DNA of 52,317 nt. Source: a virus. Its lineage: Duplodnaviria; Caudoviricetes. The stretch is from the IMG/VR virus record IMGVR_UViG_3300021957_000053, positions 1-52,317 of that record; one strand, given 5' to 3'. Shown one piece after another: positions 44,308 to 52,317 of the stretch (within the stretch, counting starts at the first letter, position 1; each line of letters opens with the position of its first letter). The position numbers and the translations under genes were made by a program. Below the pieces are notes generated by a model. The model ran no database searches. It was given only the letters and a program-made list of their open reading frames with translations, and was not told where the DNA came from.

Positions 44308-45833
44308 AAACTAATATTACTGTTTGTAATGGCGGTCTTATTACTAATGTAGACCCACTAACACATGCCTCTGCTTTAGGTGGCAGTGCTTTACGTATGA
44401 TTAATTATGAGCCATCTTTATCGGGTGGCTATAGACGTATTAGCGGGTTTTCTAATGACTATGGCACTGTACCGGGCAATGGAGCTACGTTAGGTGTGCA
44501 TGTAAACGGTAATTTAAATGATGGTATTTTTGCTTGCAGAAAACCTGATTCTGGGTATAACTATTTACACAAGTGGAATAACTCTAGTTCCTCATGGGAT
44601 GCCATAACTTCTACAGGCAGTCCTACTATGGTAGGTGTAAGCCGTGTACGGTTTGCTGAGTATAACTGGACTGGTGAAGTACTACTTTTAACTGATGGCA
44701 TCAACCCTGCTGCTCTATATGATAGTACTAACTACACACAGATTACGCACACTAATGCACCTGACGATCCTAAGTTTGCAGAAGAGTTTGCTTCACATAT
44801 ATTCTTAGCTGGTGATTCAACAGAACCTTTTAATTTATTTTTTAGTGCCCCACTTAATCCTATTGATTTTAGTCCTGCTGCTGGTGCTGGTGTTATTAAT
44901 GTAGGTTTCACAATTACAAAAATTAAAAAGTTTCGTAATACATTATTTATTTTTGGTGCTAATAACATAAAAAAATTAACAGGTACTGATATTTCTAATT
45001 TTGCACTGGAAAATGTAACTTCAAATTTAGGTTGTGTTGCTCCTGACTCTGTGATAGAATTTGGTGGTGACTTACTTTTTTTAGGCCCAGATGGTATTAG
45101 ACCTATTTCAGGAACTGATCGTATTGGTGATATTGAATTAGCACCGGTATCTAAAGAAATACAAGATATTTTTGATAATTATTATTTATCAGAAACTATT
45201 GTAGATATTAGTATTGTTGCTATTCGTAAGAAATCTCAGTTTAGATTTTTCTTTAAGAATGATAGTTCATTATCTTTGATTGGTGCTATACGTAAAAGTC
45301 AAAATAAACAAAGTATATTTGAATATAGCCAGTTAATTGGCATTGAAGCTAACTGTGTAGCATCTGGTTACATTGGTCAGTTTGAACATGTAATACACGG
45401 TGATGGTTCAGGTAAGGTATTTAGGCAAGAAAAAGGACAATCTTTTAATGGAAGTGATATATTTAGTTTATATCAAACTCCTTATTTTTATATGGAAGAT
45501 CCAGAAATAAGAAAAATTATTTATAAAGTAGATACGTATTTAAAATCAGAGGGTAATACAGAAGTATTTGTTGGTCTATATTATGACTATGATGATGTGT
45601 ATTCTTTAAATCCAACTACATATAATTTTTCAACAGAAGGTGCTGCTGCTATTTATGGTACAGCTATATATGGTTCAGGTGATATTTTTGATGGCAATCC
45701 CTCACCTAAAGCTTTAACTAATGTATCTGGTTCTGGTAAATCTATATCAGTAAGTTATGTTACAAATAATCAAAATGCAAGCCATACAATTCAAGCCATT
45801 GCAATGACGTATGGTTTAGCAGATAGGAGATAA
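44295..45833 (+). CDS. Tail nozzle / stabilisation protein (beta-propeller)
   Basis: 512 aa, beta-rich; GCVAPDSV..FGGDLLFLGPDG. Confidence 0.7.
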   Translation: MDNLKTNITVCNGGLITNVDPLTHASALGGSALRMINYEPSLSGGYRRISGFSNDYGTVPGNGATLGVHVNGNLNDGIFACRKPDSGYNYLHKWNNSSSSWDAITSTGSPTMVGVSRVRFAEYNWTGEVLLLTDGINPAALYDSTNYTQITHTNAPDDPKFAEEFASHIFLAGDSTEPFNLFFSAPLNPIDFSPAAGAGVINVGFTITKIKKFRNTLFIFGANNIKKLTGTDISNFALENVTSNLGCVAPDSVIEFGGDLLFLGPDGIRPISGTDRIGDIELAPVSKEIQDIFDNYYLSETIVDISIVAIRKKSQFRFFFKNDSSLSLIGAIRKSQNKQSIFEYSQLIGIEANCVASGYIGQFEHVIHGDGSGKVFRQEKGQSFNGSDIFSLYQTPYFYMEDPEIRKIIYKVDTYLKSEGNTEVFVGLYYDYDDVYSLNPTTYNFSTEGAAAIYGTAIYGSGDIFDGNPSPKALTNVSGSGKSISVSYVTNNQNASHTIQAIAMTYGLADRR

Positions 45834-45836
45834 ACC

Positions 45837-48800
45837 GTGGCAGGTTACGTAAGACAATCTACAGCAGATATTATTCCCACAGCTACAGTTCGTGCTGCAC
45901 CAATTAATGCTGAATACAATGCACTTCGTGATGCCTTTGCTGCATCAGGTGGACACAAGCACGATGGTACAACAGGTGAGGGTGAGTATGTACCTCTCAT
46001 AGCTGACTTAGATGCTCTCAATAAAGTTGTCATTAATACAACAAACAATCGCATAGGCTTTTTTGTCGAAGTATCTAGCTCTGCAGTAGAGCAAGTACGC
46101 ATTCAAGATGGTGCAGTAGTTCCAGTAACAGATAACGATATTGACTTAGGTACATCTTCACTAGAGTTCAAAGACTTGCACTTAGATGGTACAGCTTACA
46201 TTGACACACTAGCGGTACACCAGTCTGCTACTATTACATCTAACCTTACAGTAAATGGTAATACTACACTAGGTAATGCTGCCAGTGACACTATTACGTT
46301 TACAGGTGATGTAGCCTCTCATATTCTTCCTTCTACTGATTCTACATATGATTTAGGTTCCTCTGATTCTGAGTGGCGTAACTTGTATATTGATGGAACA
46401 GCTAATGTAGATGCTTTAGTTGCTGATAGCGCTTATATAAGCTCAGGTACTATTAATAACACAGTTATTGGTGGAACTACAGCAGCGGCTGCAGATTTTA
46501 CTACAATGGATGCTTCAGGTAACGTTACCGTAGGTGGTACGTTGGGTGTAACTGGCGCTACTACAATGTCTAGCACATTGGGTGTAACAGGCAATAGTAC
46601 TGTTGGTGGTACTCTTGGTGTAACTGGTTTGTCTACACTTGCTACTGTTGACATCAATGGCGGTAATATAGATGCAACAGCTATTGGCTCAAGTACTGCA
46701 TCAAGTGCTGTATTTACTAACCTTACAGCTTCCGGTACAGTAAACTTTGCAGGTGCTACTGTATCTAACTTAGGTTCAGTTACTACTGCAGCTATTGGTG
46801 GTGGTACTATTAATAACTCTGTAATTGGTGGCTCTACCCCTGCAGCTATTACAGGTACAACCATTACATCTAACAGTGGCTTTACTGGTAATTTAAACGG
46901 CAATGTAACAGGTGATGTAACAGGTGATTTAACAGGTAATGTTACGTCTACAGGTAACTCTACACTAAACAATTTAACTGTTAATGGTACGCTAGATGTA
47001 ACTAACACTACTATTGAAAACGTATCTGACCCCACTACTGCACAACAGGCTGCAACAAAAGCTTATGTAGATGGTGAGATCACTAGTCTTATTGGTGGCG
47101 CACCCGGTGCTCTTGATACGCTAAACGAATTAGCTGCAGCTATTAATGATGATCAAAACGTATACACTACTCTAACTACTAGCATTGCTACTAAGCTACC
47201 TAAAGCGGGTGGTACAATGAGTGGTGAGATTGCTATGGGTGACAACAAGATTACAGGTCTTGCTACACCTACATCTAACGCTGATGCAGCTACAAAACTC
47301 TATGTAGACAATCAAACTACACAGGCTGAGACTTATGCTGCTAATGCCCTAGCAAGTCAGAACGCTGCTGCCGCTTCATATGATGCATTTGATGATCGTT
47401 ACTTAGGTGCTAAGTCTAGTAATCCTACCGTAGATAATGATGGCAATGCTTTGATTACAGGTGCCTTGTACTTTGATAGTACTAATGGTGTTATGAAAGT
47501 GTACAACGGTAGTGAGTGGGCTAATGCTTCATCATCAGTTGAAGGTGTAAAGGCTAACTTTTATTATACAGCAACTAATGCTCAGACAGTATTCTCAGGA
47601 TCAGACGATAATAGTAATACTCTTGTAGTAGATCAAGTAGGTCTTGTTAATGTCTACATGAATGGTGTACGTCTACACGAGGATGACTATACAATCTCTG
47701 CAGGTGGTAACAGTGTAACGTTAGCTACAGGTGCAGCTACTGGGGATCTTATTTATTTAGAAGTGTTTGGTAACTTTACTGGTCAGTCTGGCGCAGAGGT
47801 AGCTATCACTGGTGGTAGTATTACAGGCTTAAGTGCCTTAGGTGTAGCTGGTAATGCTTCTTTCGGTGACAATAATAAAGCCATCTTCGGTGCTGGATCT
47901 GACCTACAAATTTACCATGATGGGTCTAATAGTTTTATTGTAGATAGCGGCACTGGCCTTTTAGCAATTAGAGGCTCAACCGCTGTAGCATTGCAAGGCA
48001 CTAACGGTGAAAACGCTGTAATAGCAAGCGAAAATGGTGCTGTAGACTTACGTTACGACAATAGCACAAAACTCACCACCACAAGCACAGGTGTAGACAT
48101 CACTGGGACTTTGACCAGCGATGGGCTGACTGTTAAAAATCCAAACGTATCTGGTGAGCAAGTTATATTTAAAATTGAAAATGCAGCTAACACAGGAACG
48201 ATTGGGCAGATTACTTATAACCAGACTGATGACTCAATGGCCATAAGTAACGAAAGCACTGGAATTTTACGTTTTGATACTACAGCAATAGAACGCATGC
48301 GCATCACATCAGCGGGTAACTTGCTGGTGGGTAAGACTTCAGCAGATACTTACAATAATACAAATGGTATTGAGTTACAGGCTAGTGGTTTATTAACGGC
48401 AACAAGAGCTGGCATTGCACAAATACTTAATCGTGAAGATAGTGACGGCAACATTGCAGTGTTCCGCAAAGACGGCACCACTGTGGGGAGTATTAGTAGT
48501 CGCAGCGGTAATGCTATAGTAATAGCAAGTGAAGGTAAATCTGGTATTAACTTTGGCTCTACATCAATTAATCCTTGGCTCAACGGATCAATAACAAATG
48601 GTACTGTGGATTTTGGTCAAAATGCTCATCGCTTCAAAGACCTCTACCTGTCTGGCGGTGTATACCTATCTAACGCTACCACTTCCTCTTTTGCTCAAGT
48701 GTCATCAAATATTTTCCAACTTGGAACATCTACGAGTGACCCATTTGCGTTCTACACCAACAACTCAGAAGCCATGCGCATTGACAGCAGCGGCAATGTT

Positions 48801-50552
48801 GGGATTGGGACGGATTCGCCTAATAGACAGCTTTCCGTAAATGACTACTCCGGAAATGGTACGTTAAGCATAAATGCTGCCTCAAGCGGTGCAAGCACTA
48901 TGTACTTTGCTGATGGCGCTACTGGAACTGATGTCTATTCAGGTTTTATTCAATATAACCATAGTAACAACGCTATGCAGTTTGCTACTAATGGCGGTAA
49001 CGAACGCATGCGCATCGACAGCAGCGGCAATGTTGGGATTGGTGCTTCAACTGTTATAGGTAAACTTCACGTTGATGATAGTTCTGGGGCAACCATGACT
49101 CTTACCAGAACATCAGGCGCAACATCTGGTAATTTAGGTAAGTTACGATTTGGTAATACAAATGTAGATAGTGCTCTTGCGTCTATTGTAGCAATTCAAG
49201 ATGGTGCAACAGACAACAGTGCAATAACTTTTGGAACTCAAAGTAGTGGTGCAGCAGAAGCAGAAGCCATGCGCATCTCGTCAGCGGGTGATCTGGAACT
49301 AATCCAAAGCAATAACCTTTACTGGAAGCACCAAGGCGGTGGAACTATAAGGGCTGGTATTACTGCCGACAGTTCTGACAATCTTACGTTTTCAACAGGT
49401 TCATCTGACAGCACTGCGATGACGATAGACGGAAGCGGTCGGGTGGGAATTGGCTCAGCCCCTAACAGTGGCTGGCGTAATGACATAGCAGATCAAATAG
49501 TTTTAATGCTTGGCACTGAGGCTACTCTTTTCTCAGATGCAGGAGTAACAACTGCACTTATAAACAATGCGAAAATAAATAATGGCGATGCGTTTGTGAA
49601 TATATCTACAAGAGGGGCTTCTCAGTATTTCCAATATGAAGGGGCGCATAAGTGGTATACCGCAGCTTCTGCTAGTGCAGGGTCAAATATAAACACCGAA
49701 ATGACCTCCCCAAAAATGACACTGGATATAAGCGGTAACTTGCTGGTGGGTAAGACTGCTTTAGGTATAGGCACCGCAGGGCATATGTTAGCGGCAGATG
49801 GTTATACTGAGTTTACTAGAACAGCCACATCAACATCAACAGGTAGCGCACTTAATGTTGGGCGTAATAGCTATGATGGCACACTAGCTACTTTCTGGAA
49901 AGACGGCACCGCTGTGGGGAGTATTGGGGTTAGTGGCAATGACTTTTATGTTGCGGGTTCTGCAAGCAATATTGCAGGTGCATATTTTGCAAACAGTAAA
50001 ATAATGCCGATGAAATCAGGCGCTACATCTGATAATACGATTGATTTAGGTACTAGCAGTAAGCGCTTCAAAAACCTCTATCTCTCTGGCGGTGTAGTCT
50101 TTGATGCAGTTGCAGGAAATGCAACGAGCAATACTCTTGATGACTATGAGGAGGGTACGTGGCGGCCAACCATGACTGCTGGAAGCACTAACGTAACCTT
50201 GGATCATCAAGACACAGTTCAAGGTGTATATACAAAAATTGGGCGTCTAGTTACCTTACACATGGAAGTTGATATTAGCAATTTAAACGGTGGAACTGGT
50301 ATTATAAACATAGGCGGTCTACCTTTTACTGTTTCAAATCATCTTGTACCTACAGGAATTGAAGCTAGTGGCTCGGTTGGTTATTTTGCAGGGTGGTCAA
50401 ACAATGTTATAAACGTAGGAATATATGCAGGTTCAGATACTAAATTGCAATTGCAAAAATTAACTGCTGCTGCAATTAATCCCACAGATGTTAATGGTAA
50501 TGATATAGGCACTGGTGAATTTAGAGCAACAATTACTTATTTTTCAGGATAA
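45837..50552 (+). CDS. Tail fibre protein 1
   Basis: 1571 aa, G/T/S-rich; LDTLNELAAA and DAATKxYVD fibre motifs; repeated MRIDSSGNVGIG; C-terminal LDDYEEGTW...YTKIGR domain. Confidence 0.88.
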   Translation: MAGYVRQSTADIIPTATVRAAPINAEYNALRDAFAASGGHKHDGTTGEGEYVPLIADLDALNKVVINTTNNRIGFFVEVSSSAVEQVRIQDGAVVPVTDNDIDLGTSSLEFKDLHLDGTAYIDTLAVHQSATITSNLTVNGNTTLGNAASDTITFTGDVASHILPSTDSTYDLGSSDSEWRNLYIDGTANVDALVADSAYISSGTINNTVIGGTTAAAADFTTMDASGNVTVGGTLGVTGATTMSSTLGVTGNSTVGGTLGVTGLSTLATVDINGGNIDATAIGSSTASSAVFTNLTASGTVNFAGATVSNLGSVTTAAIGGGTINNSVIGGSTPAAITGTTITSNSGFTGNLNGNVTGDVTGDLTGNVTSTGNSTLNNLTVNGTLDVTNTTIENVSDPTTAQQAATKAYVDGEITSLIGGAPGALDTLNELAAAINDDQNVYTTLTTSIATKLPKAGGTMSGEIAMGDNKITGLATPTSNADAATKLYVDNQTTQAETYAANALASQNAAAASYDAFDDRYLGAKSSNPTVDNDGNALITGALYFDSTNGVMKVYNGSEWANASSSVEGVKANFYYTATNAQTVFSGSDDNSNTLVVDQVGLVNVYMNGVRLHEDDYTISAGGNSVTLATGAATGDLIYLEVFGNFTGQSGAEVAITGGSITGLSALGVAGNASFGDNNKAIFGAGSDLQIYHDGSNSFIVDSGTGLLAIRGSTAVALQGTNGENAVIASENGAVDLRYDNSTKLTTTSTGVDITGTLTSDGLTVKNPNVSGEQVIFKIENAANTGTIGQITYNQTDDSMAISNESTGILRFDTTAIERMRITSAGNLLVGKTSADTYNNTNGIELQASGLLTATRAGIAQILNREDSDGNIAVFRKDGTTVGSISSRSGNAIVIASEGKSGINFGSTSINPWLNGSITNGTVDFGQNAHRFKDLYLSGGVYLSNATTSSFAQVSSNIFQLGTSTSDPFAFYTNNSEAMRIDSSGNVGIGTDSPNRQLSVNDYSGNGTLSINAASSGASTMYFADGATGTDVYSGFIQYNHSNNAMQFATNGGNERMRIDSSGNVGIGASTVIGKLHVDDSSGATMTLTRTSGATSGNLGKLRFGNTNVDSALASIVAIQDGATDNSAITFGTQSSGAAEAEAMRISSAGDLELIQSNNLYWKHQGGGTIRAGITADSSDNLTFSTGSSDSTAMTIDGSGRVGIGSAPNSGWRNDIADQIVLMLGTEATLFSDAGVTTALINNAKINNGDAFVNISTRGASQYFQYEGAHKWYTAASASAGSNINTEMTSPKMTLDISGNLLVGKTALGIGTAGHMLAADGYTEFTRTATSTSTGSALNVGRNSYDGTLATFWKDGTAVGSIGVSGNDFYVAGSASNIAGAYFANSKIMPMKSGATSDNTIDLGTSSKRFKNLYLSGGVVFDAVAGNATSNTLDDYEEGTWRPTMTAGSTNVTLDHQDTVQGVYTKIGRLVTLHMEVDISNLNGGTGIINIGGLPFTVSNHLVPTGIEASGSVGYFAGWSNNVINVGIYAGSDTKLQLQKLTAAAINPTDVNGNDIGTGEFRATITYFSG

Positions 50553-50603
50553 CCCACTGCATAGCTTTGGGTAGGACAGTCCAACCATCACAGGAGATAA
50601 ACG

Positions 50604-50855
50604 ATGGCACTAACAGAAACACAAGTTGAAGACAAAATAGAGATCGTAGGCGACTACAAGCACATACAAGTGCGTACAGCCACGGTTATTAAGCGTGATG
50701 GCACAGAGATCAGCCGTGGCTTCTCACGCCATGTCATTGCACCAGATGCAGACATTACAGGTGAAAGCACAGAGGTGCAAGCCATCTGTAACGCAGTTCA
50801 CACAGACGAAATTAAAGCAGCCTATGCTGCACACTTAGCAGCACAAGGAGAATAA
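50604..50855 (+). CDS. Small fibre-associated protein (possible chaperone)
   Basis: 83 aa; AGGAG RBS; follows the fibre gene. Confidence 0.7.
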   Translation: MALTETQVEDKIEIVGDYKHIQVRTATVIKRDGTEISRGFSRHVIAPDADITGESTEVQAICNAVHTDEIKAAYAAHLAAQGE

Positions 50856-50857
50856 CA

Positions 50858-51169
50858 ATGGCTGTAACTTACACTTGGACTATTCCAACAACAGAACGTA
50901 CATTAGCAGATGGTGGTGTGACAGTAGCACACTGGCGTTGCGCAGGAGTAGAAGGTGACAACAGTGCATCTTCTTATGGTACAGCAGGTTTTACACCTGA
51001 TGCATCAGCAGATGGCTTTGTAGCCTATGACAGTTTAGCTGAAGCAGATGTACTTGCTTGGGTATGGGGTCAAAGCGAAACATGGAAAGCTGATGTAGAA
51101 GCATCTATTGCATCTAAGATTGATGCACTAGCTAACCCAACTAGTGCTGCTGGCACACCGTGGGCTTAA
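50858..51169 (+). CDS. Small fibre-associated hypothetical protein
   Basis: 103 aa; YTWTI...AHWRC...VLAWV...PW. Confidence 0.7.
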   Translation: MAVTYTWTIPTTERTLADGGVTVAHWRCAGVEGDNSASSYGTAGFTPDASADGFVAYDSLAEADVLAWVWGQSETWKADVEASIASKIDALANPTSAAGTPWA

Positions 51170-51201
51170 GCTAAACAGATATATAAAGGATCACTGGCAC
51201 A

Positions 51202-52317
51202 ATGACTAAAGCAAGAGAAATAGCAGAACTAGGGCAGAAGCTAACTGTTGATGCCAGTGGTAATATGGAGTTCGCAGGAGACTTAGAGCTAGGTGATAAC
51301 AACAAAGCTATCTTTGGCGCTGGGTCTGACCTACAGATTTACCATGATGGCAGTCATTCTTACATCAAGGACGTAGGCACTGGAAACTTAAATATCCAAT
51401 CAAACGGTGTTGGGGTTGTAATAGCGGATACATCTGCATCTGATTTGGCTGTGTTTAATACAACAAGTGGCGTTGTTACTCTTTATAAATCAGGCTCTCA
51501 AAAACTCGCCACCACCTCCACAGGTGTAGACATCACAGGCACTATCAACAGCGATGGGCTGACTGTGGATACAAACACACTGCACGTTGATGCAACGAAT
51601 AATCGGGTTGGGATTGGCACAGATTCGCCATCAGCCCCCCTACATCTTGTTGGTAGTGCTTTAGTTGGTGTGAATGACTTTGGCGCATATGATAAAGATG
51701 ATGCTAATTTACTTATCAGTAATGGCAATAATGGAACTTCAATATTACTACACGATGGGTCAGGTGCATATCATTCAGGTTTAGTTAAATATGATACGAA
51801 TGTAATGAGTTTGGGTTTGAATAACTCTAACGATACTAACAGTATTCTTACATCTAAAGCTTTAAATATCACATCTACTGGTGTTGGGATTGGGGTTACG
51901 CCTCAAACCGATTGGACTTCTACAATCACCGCACTTCAAATAGGCCCTCAGTCTGTGTTTAGGGCTGGTGCTACGGAATATACCGATGCAACCTTTATGG
52001 GTACAAACGTAAAACAAATATCTGGTACAAACAAATACATAGAAACTGGAGCTGCAACTGAATACTACCAGCAAGGCGGTGTACACTTTTGGAATTACGC
52101 AGCATCTGGCACTGCTGGTAATACGATTTCGTTTAGTGAAGCCATGCGCATCGACAGCAGCGGTAACTTGCTGGTGGGGGCTACAAGCTCTACTGGGGGT
52201 GGTAGGCTGGAACTTAAAGGTTCTGGAACTGGTGCGTATGTTCCGACTGGCTACAATGGTAATAACGTCAATTCTGTTCGTATAACCTCTGGGGGATCTC
52301 CCAGCACTTCGGATACC
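51202..52317 (+). CDS. Tail fibre protein 2 (runs off the window; not in ORF track)
   Basis: ATG 51202 after AAGGA; MTKAREIAELG...GDNNKAIFGAGSDLQIYHDG...; shares modules with fibre 1. Confidence 0.85.
   Translation, partial: MTKAREIAELGQKLTVDASGNMEFAGDLELGDNNKAIFGAGSDLQIYHDGSHSYIKDVGTGNLNIQSNGVGVVIADTSASDLAVFNTTSGVVTLYKSGSQKLATTSTGVDITGTINSDGLTVDTNTLHVDATNNRVGIGTDSPSAPLHLVGSALVGVNDFGAYDKDDANLLISNGNNGTSILLHDGSGAYHSGLVKYDTNVMSLGLNNSNDTNSILTSKALNITSTGVGIGVTPQTDWTSTITALQIGPQSVFRAGATEYTDATFMGTNVKQISGTNKYIETGAATEYYQQGGVHFWNYAASGTAGNTISFSEAMRIDSSGNLLVGATSSTGGGRLELKGSGTGAYVPTGYNGNNVNSVRITSGGSPSTSDT

Noticed and set aside
255-52285. Many antisense or nested ORFs in the track (e.g. 255-656, 7955-8494, 12643-13026, 30974-31420, 40897-41418, 46433-47035, 51498-51728, 52079-52285)
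   Set aside because: They lie wholly or largely within well-supported genes, show no recognisable motifs, and read as shadow frames.
45837-52317. Diversity-generating retroelement or shufflon acting on the tail fibres
   Set aside because: There is no reverse transcriptase in the window, mismatches between repeats are not adenine-specific, and all repeats are direct with no adjacent invertase. The unseen part of the genome cannot be excluded.

Overview
This window holds most of a circularly permuted, AT-rich podovirus-like dsDNA phage genome, probably a marine phage of an alphaproteobacterial (Rhodobacteraceae-like) host; the host is my inference. There are two arms. The minus-strand early/replication arm (27952 down to 10580) carries small early genes, a tyrosine integrase, ThyX, primase-helicase, family A DNA polymerase, SSB, nucleases, a MazG-like protein and a class II B12-dependent RNR. 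The plus-strand late arm (28896 to the window end, continuing at 1-10583) carries holin, GH108 endolysin, small basic proteins, terminase, portal, scaffold, capsid, tail adaptor and nozzle, two tail fibres and internal virion proteins. I saw no RNA polymerase, tRNA, CRISPR array or reverse transcriptase. The most notable observations are: (1) eight copies of a 17-bp palindrome (TCTCGGAA-w-TTCCGWGA) at gene boundaries of the early region upstream of the integrase; (2) a dense run of unrelated short palindromes in the inter-arm region; (3) near-total avoidance of CCWGG at Pro-Gly codon pairs; (4) a shared hydrophobic-x-x-GG / GLM peptide motif across several late proteins; (5) nucleotide-conserved junction repeats in both tail fibres; (6) an unannotated DUF1127 gene with its own promoter and an RBS-occluding hairpin. 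All family assignments come from motif recognition by eye, not database searches.
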